Shown here: in pieces, positions 11,192 to 22,674 of the stretch
Layout of the letters: each line of letters starts with the position of its first letter
How positions within the stretch are numbered: the first letter of the stretch is position 1
Source: Trypanosoma brucei
Lineage: Eukaryota
Direction: 5' to 3'
NCBI GenBank assembly: GCA_000002445.1
Contig: CM000208.1
Span: 32,001 to 96,000, forward strand
DNA length: 64,000 nt
Made by a program: the position numbers and the translations under genes
Notes under the pieces: model-generated
What the model was told of the DNA's origin: nothing
Databases searched by the model: none
The model's input: the letters and a program-made list of their open reading frames with translations, nothing else

Positions 11192-13267
11192 ATGTTCTGC
11201 TTCTGGAAAGCTTCTCCTTGAATCTCACTCTGCCAGTTCGGTTACTCAGAAATGATACGCACCACTTCACAATGTGGGGTGATACCTTCATTCTGTGCAT
11301 TTTCCTCGCAATTTTGTCGTAGTCTACTGTATCAAATGCCTTCTCGTAGTCAACGAATACAGCACCCGTACGAGATTGGTGTGTGGGACGGCAGAGGGCA
11401 GCGCGGACGTGCAGCAGTTGTTCGAGCGTTGAGCATCCGGGGCGAAAACCTGATTGCTGCGGCGTCAGCTGTGACTCAACAGTGTCTCTAAGTCTCGCGG
11501 CAATTATGCGCTCCATGACTTTGCAGAGACAGCTCGTGAGTGTCACAGGCCTGTGAGAATCGAGGTCCTCCACCCTTTTTCCGGCCTTCAGGATGGGGGT
11601 GATAACACCAGTCTTCCATGCAGGCGGCACGACTCCCGTTCGTAGGCTCTCATTGAATAGCCTCAGCACAACATTCAGCGCTGTTCTACCGAGATGTTGC
11701 AGTGCCTCGTTGTATAAGCAATCAGGTCCTGCTGCGGATCCACTCGGTAGCAGTTTGATCGATCTCCGTAGTTCAGCCATCGTGATGGGACTGAACTCAC
11801 TCGCTATCGTCTTTATTGGTGCCGGTGGGTGTGAGTCGGGGTGCCTTCTTGCGCGGGACGAGTACAGTTTACTGAACCTCTCAGCTTGAAGGTAGTCCGT
11901 GATGGCCGCGTTATCAACAAGTACAGCCGGTGTGGTTAGTGGTCGTGGCGCATATACCTTCTTGACAATGTGCCAACTGCAGCGGTCTGACACCGCAAGT
12001 CTGGAGCATAGCGTGCTCCATCTCTTCTTTGTGGTACGGTCCAGGATCTGCTTACGCGTGGCTACCAACTTTTCCCTTCGGTGGGAGGGTCCGCATCCAG
12101 CGATCTCTTCATCGAGTTTCGCGAGCTCAGGTGTCCAATGTGGTGGCGTTGCTCTGCAGCCACGGGGGACGGAGACCTTCGTCGCAATGCGGATGGCGGA
12201 GCTCAATTTCTGTTCCAGGGTGTTGACGTTCTTCTCTCTACCAATTTTCCTGCAGAGCTCGTCAACCTTGAGACGGAAATTCCTCCAGTCAGCTTTTAGC
12301 CATGCGTACATGGGCTTTCGAAGCCGCGGGCAACTCAGTGCATCTGTGTCGTCTCCAACGATAACGTCGAAAAATATGTGATGGTGATCGCTATCGGGAG
12401 AATACAGCGATGTCCACGTGTACACTGTGCAATTCCTTGACAGTGTCACATCAGGGGTGGACTCCCCGTGGTGGCGCGCGTTCCTGGTGCACTCACCAGT
12501 GTTGCAGACCAGAAACTGGTTGTCAATGCACCACTGTGTGAGGGTTTCACCCTTGGTATTTGGTGGGCTCGCGCGATCCCATGCCAACGCGTGTGCGTTA
12601 GCGTCTGCACCGATGAGCTGGGCACCGTCAGTCGTCAGAAGCGTATCTACGTCAGTTGCCGTGAAGGTGTGTTTTGGTGGGATGTATGCCGACGTGGCGG
12701 TCAGCGCCGTTCCACGTGCAAGGTGAATTGTTGCATGCACTTGTTCAATGCAACCAACAACGGCCATACCGGTCTCGACTGGTAGGTCCTCCCTCACTAG
12801 TATTGATACACCACCTCCTTTGCAGTTACGAGCTATTCCATGATGCTGGTAGCCAGCAACGCTAAAGCAAGCCGACTCTCCAGGCGTCATCCTTGTCTCG
12901 CTCAACAGACAAAAGGCGATCCGCTCATCAACAAGGGTTTTGTGGAGTGCTAATCTCTTTCCTTGAGATAGTCCGGCGCAGTTCCACTGCATCCCGCGCA
13001 ACGACGGGCCGGGATTCTCTTCCACATCACCGGACAGCAGCATCTTAGTGCGGATGATACTGCTGATGGCACGCTGGCACGTGCCCAGGGACCGACAAAT
13101 GAAAAACGGTGTCCCAGCAAGACGCTGCTGATCCCTGTGCTGTATGATGCCGTAGCCGGAGCAAAGCAGTGTTCCCCATGAAAGGAATGCTGCTGGCTCT
13201 TGGCTTCCCCCGATGATACGGGGCACTGGTCCCTGGCACCACGTTGAGGTGGCAGGCATCGCCAGGG
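10890..13267 (-). CDS. ingi ORF fragment: N-terminal RIME-encoded segment, 2A-like peptide (DVEENPGP), apurinic/apyrimidinic endonuclease domain and N-terminal part of reverse transcriptase (degenerate). The track ORF runs on to 13358 into flanking DNA.
   Basis: 822-aa ORF containing MLLSGDVEENPGP, then MQWNCAGLSQGKRLALH..LLSETR (APE-like), then RT region ..FRPGCSTLEQLL..AVFVDYEKAFDTVDYD. Confidence 0.8.
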
Positions 13268-13399
13268 TGCAAACATTGTATGTCACCCACCGCATTCCCC
13301 CCGTCAAATGTATCGCACAATCATGCAGAAGCTCTTCGCTGTCGAAGTAGAAAGACAAAGAGAACCGCTACCACCAGTCACCCTAACTTTCTCCCCCAT

Positions 13400-16369
13400 T
13401 TTTTTTCTTCCATACAACACTGTCATCGGACGTGCATGCCGATTCCTAGGACGGCGTTCAGCTTGAATTGTGTAAGAAATGGATTGTAAGGCACTACCGT
13501 GCAAAGGGAACCCAACTAAATTCCATGCCGCATTTTGAAGTATGAGCAGACGGATATGTTTCCTTAGGAATAAAATCAGGGGCTTCCTCAACGACATATA
13601 GGAATGACAATCCCATCTCGACGGTTTGCTGTGGAGCCGGAACAATAGCGTGTAGCTACCAACCTGAGTGCATAGTAATGTTCGAGGTTTTGCATAAAAT
13701 GATAAACATATTAAAACCGAAGGGAGCTCATCCGTGTAAAATGTCTCTTTCTACTGACCGGCGGTCGCTGTTCGAGGCACTGCGAATGGGAGAAACAGCG
13801 GTAAAGGCAGGAATTTTTCGGCGGACTTGGATAGTACTCTTGGGTATCGGATATCATAACACCAGCATCTACCTTCAGCTTGTGTTTGATCATTGTAGTG
13901 TAGAAAAGAATGAATTGACGGACAAAAAAGCGAGGGCATCTGCCAACGTTCCTCAACAAGACGTTGGGTGAATACCCGACATCACTGCCTTGGAAAAGTG
14001 ACACCTCATGGCGAGCAGAGAGAAACTGAAGACACACAGGTTGGAAATGACCGGTGAATGGCAACCAACTAAAGAAGATTTGCCACTAAACCGATAGAGC
14101 AGGTGCAGTCGCCAATTCCGCATTGGGACATCGAATACATATGGATAGTTGCTGCTGAGGATAGACAAAACAGTTCCTGACAAGTGCAGATGGTGTGAAA
14201 CCCATCCCTGCGCACACTGCGGGAAATTAAATTCCGATAGAGCTCACATAGTGTTTCATACGAACCGAATTCACAGTGTACCCTACCATGAGGCATTGCG
14301 CCGGTTGAAACGTGCTGCACACCCTGGTAATGCTGGCCACATCAAGGTGGTGTCAGGGTCCAGTGCCCCGTATCATCGGGGGAAGCCAAGAGCCAGCAGC
14401 GTTCTTCTTATGGGGAACACTGCTTTGCTTCGGCTACAGCGTCATAGAGCACAGGGATCAGCAGCGTCTTTCTGGGACAGCGTCTTTTATTTGTCGGTCC
14501 CTGGGCACGTGGCAAGCGTGCCATCAGCAGTATCACCCGCACATGCTGCAGAACTTGGGGTGTTGCCTGAAATATCACCCTATAACCCCCGCCCCCCACC
14601 GAAGTCGCATGTTCTCATTGTCTGTAACAAATCCTATGGAAACAAAGGAGGGCTCACATTGCACAAAACTCGATGCCTTCACGGCAAAACGAGAAAGTTA
14701 GACGATGAAATGTCGGAGCAACGGAAAGATGATGAAAATATCAAAGAGCACAAATGGGTTTGCGCAGAACGTGGCTTTCAATCCAAGAGTGCAGGTGTAC
14801 TAACATTGCGCAGGCCACAGAAACACCCCATGACCAACGACAGTCCCTTTCCACCCCACACTGGCGGAACCATAATCCACACTGAATATGATAAAAAACA
14901 CACTCCAGTGAGAAATCTGTGGGTTCAAATTGATTTAGCAAAAAGGTTCGACAATACGTCATGGAATAAAGAGCAGAGGTCAGCTTTAGCACATCATTCC
15001 AGTGGTGGAGAAACGGATAGGCACACAAAGTGAAAACCGACCGCATCAACCCAACACCAATGAACAAAGTGATAACACCACCAGTTCAACCCCTGGAGAA
15101 AATGAAGCGATATATGGACCTCGCAGCTATATATTTCACACGTAAATTGGACTAGTGATAAGTCACGGGATGAAATACTGCGAAGTACAACCGCAAACGG
15201 GGTCGCGAGGAATAAAAAGGCAACGGGAACTCGAGGAGAATGCAAGTATTCCAACGAAGGGCTCCCGAGCGACGGAAACGAGAGGGCATCCAGTGAACGA
15301 CCCAGTAGGCACATCTGAGCCGCTACAATGCACGCAATGTGGCCTTGTATCACAATCAAAAGGGGGAACAACACCAAACACCAAGATTCAACACCGCAGA
15401 GGCCATCCCCTGGATAGTAACGCTGGTACAAAACGGAGCCGTTCCATCACAGAACAAGAGGTATCCCTCATTTGGAACACGCTAACTATAGGTGTAAATG
15501 ACGCCTGTTGCACGCAATGCCGTCATACGCATGTATCAAAAGACAGCCTGATGGAGCACTTCGGGGGAATGCATAGACAGCATCCCTTCTCCGTAGCAAA
15601 AGAATCTCCACCACCGCTCCAGAGCTTCAACGTCAGAGGGTTTCATCTACACTTCACGTTCGTGAACCGAAATAAGACGTCCCACTCAACATCAGGTTCA
15701 TCCGTACATCGCCATCAAAAACATGAAATCTGCGTTGAAAGGAAACATACACACTCCAACGAATGCGAAGAGAATCCCACCCACATACTCGTGCGCTCAA
15801 GCCTAAAGTGCTCTGCAGTTACTTCGGGCTTGAGGGCGAAAATATGCAGAAGATAGTGTTCACCAAGAACCTTGCACAATTCCTCCTAGAAATTGAGAAA
15901 CCCCTCATTCTCTTCCAACATGTACTTTCTTCCTCGTGGAGGAACACTCCACTCAAGGAGAGACTAAACACAATGGTGTGCCCAGCATTGGTAAAAACTG
16001 TAAACTCCCCACTACTCCTCCACATTTGGATCGTAAAAATATATGTAGAAGTCTTGAGCCCTCCAGCACGGTGTCAGAGCCACCGCAGGATTGAGAATTA
16101 AAAGTTCAGTAACGCCTACTTGTCCCTTACAATTAGTTCCAACCTAACCTATACAAATCATCAATAACACAAATATAGTTTTATCTAACACAGATAGTAA
16201 TAAATTAATAGCACACTCACAACAGAGCACCATATAAAGGAAAATGTTACATAAAGTTTTTAGCTCCCTTGAGATGCCGTGGCATCACCAGAGGGCTCTC
16301 CAAATAAACCACCGCTATCTTGATAACGGCACTCAGCGTTGCTGGTAGTTACTGCTAAACAAAAAAAAA
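13400..16369 (+). mobile_element. Composite degenerate ingi-related element (DIRE-like) on the plus strand. It comprises an RNase H-like fragment (13678-13971), a C2H2-finger fragment (14149-14320), a diverged RIME-half-A-like segment (14322-14560), further C2H2 fingers (14600-15860), and a degenerate 3-prime tail with (A)9 at 16361-16369.
   Basis: 13678..13971 ORF: YLQLVFDHCSVEKNELTDKKARASA vs ingi RLQFVFGHCGVKRNEVCDEMAKKAA. 14149 ORF: CRWCETHPCAHCGKLNSDRAHIVFHTNRIH. 14322ff: ccctggtaatgctggccacatcaaggtggtgtcagggtccagtgccccgtatcatcggggg resembles the RIME start. CNKSYGNKGGLTLHKTRCLHG matches ingi CASKTGLTLHQKKMHG. Boundaries are approximate. Confidence 0.5.
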
Positions 16370-16528
16370 TATTGATATCACATTCATTATTCATCTTAAC
16401 AAAACAAATTCATATGATATTATTTATACACTCACATATTAAAAAATTAAACAATATGCACACGTATACATGCACAAACCATAAAGAAAAAAGTCGGTAC
16501 ACAACAATGTTGGTAACGTACCAATAAA

Positions 16529-17891
16529 CTAAAACATACAAATAAGAGATAAAATTAATAATGTAAACCCCCCAGTTTCCATATTCAAATGAGTAAGTCC
16601 ATCATTATTTACATCAGTATCATCACCTTCACCGTCACCTTCGCTTTTACCTCGGCTACTCTTCCATAGCTCTGCATCACCACCAAGTTTCACTTCAAGA
16701 AATATTTCCTCTGCCTCATGTTGGTACTCTTCCAACTCATGAAGATGGCTGTCAGCTTCTTTGGCATACTTCGCCATTTCTTGTAGTTCCTTGGTGGCGT
16801 TAGTGAGGCGGTTGTACCAAGGAATTCCACCATTTTCAAGTGTGTGATTGTAACTGACGCATGTAAACCCAGCAGTGTGACCTGTGCATGTGCGATTATC
16901 GTTATGTTCTGTTTTCACATAACGAAGGATACCTTTCACCCGATGTCCGCGCTGTTCCAAATTTACTAAAGCATCAAACTGATCTAATGCACTCTTCAAG
17001 GTTTTCGCATTAGATGCAATATTCTTGTACATGCAAGCTTTACTAATCACATCCCATGCCTCAGTATGGTTGTATTTTATATTTTCAGGCTTGCAGGTAT
17101 TATAGTTGCTCGGACAATACTCAGCCATCATAGTCCAACTACCATTTTTAGGTCTCCTAATTTCATCCTTACAAGGACAGTTATATCCACTGTATATGTT
17201 TTCACTACTTGAGCCAGTATCCATTTGATATGTATTTTTCTTTCTTAACAATATCAATAGCCTCTCCCACACATAAACAGAAGAATTCATTAATTAGCGT
17301 CTTTCCAACTTGTCTCCATAAGAACCGCAGCTCGTGGCCGCGCTGTAGACACTATTAACAGCAGTGATTTGTTTCCTTTCATGGCTTCCTCCAGAGTTTA
17401 CTCTCATTTCTTGCCACATCCACAGCGTCGATATATACAGCTCTCGGCAAATTTCCTTCAGCAGAGCGCCTTGCATTTAAGGCTTTTGTCCTATTCACTT
17501 CTATTCCTTCCTTCAGCTTTTTCGCCTTTTCAAGTAGTTGCTTCATCTCCTGATATGCTGTCGTGCTGTTAGATGAATTGCTCGAGCCCTTATTGACACC
17601 AACAGCTTCTGCCTCACTGACCATTTCCTCCAAATTCTTCAGAATCTCTCCTTCCTTCTCACGATTCTTAAAGGAGGGTTGTGGGGCCTCTGCTTGCGTG
17701 ATTCGGTAAATCCTGCACAGTGTCTCGAATTCACCAACGTTGTGGTGCTTTTCTTCTTGATGGACATTATCCCTGATCGCCCTCCAATCAATCAACTCGG
17801 GGGTCCACTTGAAAGACCACATATCACCCTGAGAGGAAGGAGATAAGACAGCCGCAAGCAACGCAATGGCAAACACTGTTTCGCGCCTCAT
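16529..17891 (-). pseudogene. Gene for a secreted, probably GPI-anchored surface glycoprotein of ~450 aa. It has an N-terminal signal peptide, a Cys-rich middle, an acidic linker and a C-terminal hydrophobic GPI-signal-like tail. An internal stop/frameshift between 17379 and 17290 disrupts it. Family unresolved (ESAG2/VSG-related-like?).
   Basis: 17379..17972 ORF contains MRRETVFAIALLAAVLSPSSQG (signal peptide). 16529..17290 ORF has CPCKDE..C..C..C motifs and ends ..GDGEGDDTDVNNDGLTHLNMETGGFTLLILSLICMF*. The two ORFs are in different frames. No VSG 3-prime UTR 16-mer was seen. Confidence 0.5.
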
Positions 17892-17958
17892 CGTGATTTT
17901 GCCTCTACATTCATTAGTCAAAGAGAGGGGCAAAAGCTTATCATTACAATAATTATTG

Positions 17959-19839
17959 TTATTGACAGACACACTCAGTAAACAAATACATCAATATATC
18001 GAAATTAATAAGTGCCTGACACAGACCAACTACAGTATCCAACAAAGCAGGAAGCACATCCCAATACACATATTTACATGGGTTCACCCTCCTAAGCTGC
18101 ATATTAACATTAAACACCCTCACAGCTGTTTTCCCATTGATTGTCTTACTCTTACATATATCTGCATACAATAAATCCACTTTCTTAAGCACCATGCTAG
18201 GTCCTCCAATTTTCCAACTGAGTTCCTCTTGCACTCTCTTGATTTCCTCAATAATAAGCTTATCCATTCTCCTATCGAGCACCTGCACTTTTATGTTAAA
18301 ATTATCCAAATCCTTCATTGGCTTTATTAACTTCGGCTGCTACCTTATTGCTTTATTCGCTAGTACATTGCGTGCTTAATTCGAATGCACGTGTTACCCT
18401 TATCCAATGCACACAACTCTGCTGCTGAGCCTCATTTAGCATATCATCCCTTCTTCATACATGTGCTGACAACACTCTTCGTTGTCCTCTCTGCGTGCAT
18501 GCACAGCTCCTTGCCTCCAATTTTCTTTAATCACACACTCTTAAATGTAACAGTTAAATTTTCAAAACACTTTCATTAGACACTTGTGCTTATTATTGAA
18601 ACCTTTCATAATACTGTGATATGATGGAATATTATGTTAGTTGCCAACATACAAAACAGTCCCAGAACAACAAGTGACCTTCCCCATCAGCATCCTCATT
18701 TATATTATTTGCGACATGCAAAATAATCACCATCCTCTCAGTTAACTCTTGCCATCCTCACACCATATGCAAAGAGCATTAACACACTCCACCACCCCAG
18801 AGGAAAAATAATGGAGGGGCAGCCTTATTTATCATCACTCACGATTAAAATAACTCAAAACAGAAACACTCCAACGAAAGATATTATAACCTACGACAAA
18901 CATGTAAGTACGCACATGCAAAGTTATGTATATTTATTATTATTATGATTATGGTGAGGAGGAGTTATTTCTATCAATGCACTTTCTCACAGTAATACAA
19001 CTAGTACTATTCACACTGCCAATAAGATTCGTGTCGAGTTGCAGTTAGGCAACATTGCTGTTTACTTCGCTAAAGCATGAGCAGTTAAAAAAAGTATTTG
19101 ACACAAGGTAAGGTAAACGGAAGACGATTTGGCAGCAACAGCTGAAAGCAATGAAGGAAGAAATGATGTCGTGTACTTCAACTAACAGAAAGAAAACATT
19201 TCCATTTCACCAAATTATTTAATTAATTTACAGAGCCGCCCATATATAAATTATCCTGTGGAATGAGGAAGCTGCTTATGCTGCCGCTGACACAATCCCA
19301 CAATGGACGATATTCACCATATTGGGATACGGGCTTACCTATTTAATATCACCCCATACCGTCCTAACCGTCTCCGCAATAACTTCCTAGTGCGTATTTG
19401 CTTTCACAACAGCATTCGATAATATATTGCTTACTTACCTGACACTTTCGTTAACTTCAGCAAACAACCCACCAACCTTGGCCACGAGGTCTCCCATTAT
19501 ATTTCCGTAAGATATAAGTTTTTCCAATTTCTCACTTTCCCCTCCCATTTCACTACTAACAACACTCAAATATTTAACATTTTCACCTGTTTTCCCTTCC
19601 AAGTCATCAAGTATACGAGACGCATTTGCATATACTTCCTCATTGACAAGTAGCTTCTGTTCGCCATCGGTGTATAATTTGTTTAATGCATCCGAAAGGC
19701 ACTTTATATAGCACACAGCCTCATCCAAATTTATGCCGTCGTGGTCATCTATCGATGTACAACGACCCTCCTCTGCCTCACCAAAGAAGGTCACATAAAA
19801 TAACAAAATAACTAATCCCAGAACCGTACCCTTCATCAC
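17959..19839 (-). pseudogene. Second secreted/surface-protein-like gene, fragmented. It has an N-terminal signal peptide (19435..19839 ORF), a C-terminal hydrophobic tail (17959..18318 ORF) and intervening frameshifts.
   Basis: MMKGTVLGLVILLFYVTFFGEAEEGRC.. (signal peptide, Cys-containing N-domain). Distal ORF ends ..LLDTVVGLCQALINFDILMYLFTECVCQ*. No continuous frame joins them. Confidence 0.35.
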
Positions 19840-20748
19840 CTATGATTACATGTAACAAGAAGTATGAAGAAGAAAAACACATACAAATGTCCCACAAAAT
19901 GTATTCACCGCACTCCATCTACTCCCTTAATATTTGGAAATACCAAACGATCATATTTTCTGCAGCTGCTGAGGCCATGTCGTACATCCTACCACACAGA
20001 TATTCCACACCTCTGTCCACAGAATGAAGTCCTCTAGGAGATTTAACCGACATCATCAACCTACTTCGTGTGTAAAGATAATAGAAACAAAGCAGAACAA
20101 AGGGTAAGATCCTATTTATCAACGGCAAATTCATTAATAAACCCAACTCCTCAGCAGGGAATCAAGAACAGGAAGCCACGAAAAGCGTATGGCACATATG
20201 ATTTTCACCTCTCAGTTACTTGAGGTGGATTGCATGATTTACCCACCTTCTAAAAACACACCCTCCGAGAGGCCCGATTATAAGAAAAAAAAAACTATGA
20301 CGGTTGAAAAGACGTTTTTCATAAACCTTCACTTTACTCGTGAGGATGCATGCGTAAACAATGATAACGATGAGAATGCTAACGGAAACAATGACGAACC
20401 GTGAGGATCCTAGAAAAAAAAACACATACTTTTACATTAAGGAAACTTAATAAGCAACAAAATATAAATATTCCCTACACAGAGGTATAGGGGGTGTTCG
20501 CCAACTTTGCAACGTTGGCCAAAAAGTATTTAAATGTATCGATCATTCGTGTAGTCAACTAAATAAGAAGTAACATGTACTACACGCACAAAAGCACACT
20601 TATAAAGCCTACAAACCCACTTGTCCCCTTTTAGAGAAGATCACTCACTCGGCAGTGATAGGAGAGGTGATATTAAAAGTTTTCCCTTTATAATTATTTT
20701 TGACTCCTCAATTCGTTGCAACATAACATAACATGCAAAGATGTTGCA

Positions 20749-22178
20749 TCAGGCAGCGGGGCCACCAGCAATAGCGTTTGGTTCATCCTGGGTGATCTCC
20801 CTAACAATATCCTTTTCCATCTTCACTTGAAACTGGTTGATTCTATTCCACAACTCTGTAGTATGACCGCCTCTGCCCCCAACTGGTTCGCACCTCCGCC
20901 TCTCCTTGATTGCTCTGCTGTCACTGTACTGTATGTAAACCAGCTCCCATTTCAAGTTTCTTGCGAGCTCATCCCATTCACGAAACAATTGTTTCATTCC
21001 CTTGATAAACTTATCTACCTTCGTTCGTGCCAGGTGATGCGTCGGTGCCACTGTCGTCTGGAGCAGAACAATTGTTGTTGCGGTGATCGCCCTTCCTTCT
21101 GTATCAACAGCTGGCTCAGTCACAAAGAAAAAGGCGTCCACAACGGGGAAATTTCCCTGTACAGGTCGGTGAAGGCACCCGACCTCGATGTCTTGGCCTC
21201 TCGTTTCGGGGTAAATATGACGAAGTGAAGTTGGAACACGTCCCACGGCATTACCACTTGCCAGAACGGATACATGTAAATGCATATTTTCTCCAATGCG
21301 AGGGAAATACCGCAGGTGCGCCACAATCGTCTGCACAACATTTCTCATCGTGAAGGCATATATGCCCACATTTTCAAATTCATCAGCGGCATGCTCTGCT
21401 TTCCCACGAAAAAAATTCCGAAGGTAATTGTCTTGCATACATGCTTTGTCCACCCACACTCTCAATTTCTGCTCAATATAAACGGAAACAGCTCTGTTTC
21501 TGCATTCTTCTCCATTCTCAGTTACAACCCGGACCAACTTAGCTAACATGTATGTAGTCCCGTCATGGAGCTATTGAACTCGGCCATTCAGCACCTCCAT
21601 GCACTGTTCGGTATCGCGAGCAGCGATTTTTCTCAGTGCCCCTTTTACTTCTGTGATTTGGTCACGATAGCGTTTGTCACCTTCCAGTACTTGGCGGGCC
21701 AGTGGGCCCACCTTCTTAGCCCATCCTAATATTTTCTTCCATTCATTCTCAACTTTTATGATGTGAGTTTCGGTGATTTTACTTGCCTCCAACTTTGACA
21801 GCCGCCTCCACGCAACCGCAGCCTTCAGTTCCACCTCTTCATAGCAATTGATGCAAAGGAACTCGTAACCCCGTGGTTCCTTCCACTTTCTGTAGTTATT
21901 TGGATCTGGAGATGTCAAGACAATTACGGGCCACGTTTCCGGAAAGTCTGTTGGTCTTGGTATTTTTCTCTCTTTCGCCAGGTCGCAAATAATGTAACCA
22001 AGAAGCCATTCGTCAGCCAAGGCATTGACAGCATCCACTCCATCATTTTCCTCATAGAATACAACCCTTCCCGGGTGACCATTTGTCGCCCTGAAGAAAA
22101 TATACGCCCCACCCTTCACAAAACAAGCGATAATCCGCAGCAGCTCCGAATCGTAATGCAGCAACCTTTGGAGCAGGA
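20749..22178 (-). pseudogene. RHS: RHS pseudogene copy 2, C-terminal half (downstream of the RIME insertion). An internal stop/frameshift lies near 21550-21571.
   Basis: 21571..22230 ORF ILLQRLLHYDSELLRIIACFVKGGAYIFFRATNGHPGRVVFYEEND.. and 20749..21549 ORF ..FPVVDAFFFVTEPAVDTEGRAI..WELVYIQYSDSRAIKERRRCEP are collinear with RHS copy 1 but sit in two frames. Confidence 0.75.
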
Positions 22179-22674
22179 TTTTTTTTTTCTTCGTGCCTTC
22201 GTGGGAGTTTCCCCCAACTGCCGCGGCCATCAGCCATCACCGTAGAGCCCTGAGATGCTATCGGTCTGGCGACTGTGGCAGAGTCTCCCTTTTTTATTAA
22301 ACCTAACACACTCTCTATAATTTTTGTTGTAGTTCCGCAGTTGAACGGGACACAGCAGATGGGGCGAGAAGCCCCCCTCACCCCGGACTCTCCCAAAGAT
22401 GTCAATTGGCAATCCTTTTTTTGGAGTTCCACATCACCGGACAGCAGCATCTTAGTGCGGATGATACTGCTGATGGCACGCTGTCACGTGCCCAGGGACC
22501 GACAAATGAAAGACGGTGTCCCAGCAAGACGCTGCTGATCCCTGTGCTGTATGATGCCGTAGCCGGAGCACAGCAGTGTTCCCCATGAAAGGAATGCTGC
22601 TGGCTCTTGGCTTCCCCCGATGATACGGGGCACTGGACCCTGGCACCATGTTGAGGTGGCCGGCATCGCCAGGG
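22179..22674 (-). mobile_element. RIME: RIME (ribosomal mobile element; ingi half-A + half-B, ~496 bp incl. (A)10), inserted in RHS copy 2 with a perfect 12-bp target-site duplication tttggagcagga.
   Basis: Reverse complement of CCCTGGCGATGCCGGCCACCTCAACATGGTGCCAGGG..MLLSGDVELQKKDCQLTSL..GATGGCTGATGGCCGCGGCAGTTGGGGGAAACTCCCACGAAGGCACGAAG(A)10. The 12-mer tttggagcagga occurs at 22167-22178 and at 22675-22686. Confidence 0.85.

Larger units (their letters stand above)
8009..13267 (-). mobile_element. ingi: ingi non-LTR (LINE-like) retrotransposon, ~5.26 kb, near full length but degenerate, with its ORF broken into at least 5 frames. RIME-half-A 5-prime end is at 13267 and the RIME-half-B 3-prime end with (A)10 tail is at 8009-8018 (shown as T-run).
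   Basis: 5-prime end is the reverse complement of CCCTGGCGATGCC..CACCTCAACGTGGTGCCAGGG and the 3-prime end is the reverse complement of ..GATGGCTGATGGCCGCGCCAGTTGGGGGAAACTCCCACGAAGGCACGAAGAAAATTCC(A)n. Both match the intact RIME at 28644-29142. Internal ORFs carry a 2A peptide, AP-endonuclease, reverse transcriptase, RNase H and C2H2 fingers in the canonical ingi order. The length equals the 5.25 kb ingi. Confidence 0.9.

Noticed and set aside
9766-12381. Several plus-strand ORFs (9766..10278, 10367..10718, 10764..11255, 11593..12381) overlapping the ingi
   Set aside because: They are antisense to the ingi coding frames, which carry recognisable APE/RT/RNase H motifs. These are spurious antisense ORFs in GC-rich element DNA.
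17905-17960. Possible VSG-type 70-bp repeat upstream of surface-protein pseudogene B
   Set aside because: Only a single short, imperfect match to part of the 70-bp repeat. There is no tandem array, and it lies abnormally close to the start codon. Retained as a note inside a finding, not called as a feature.
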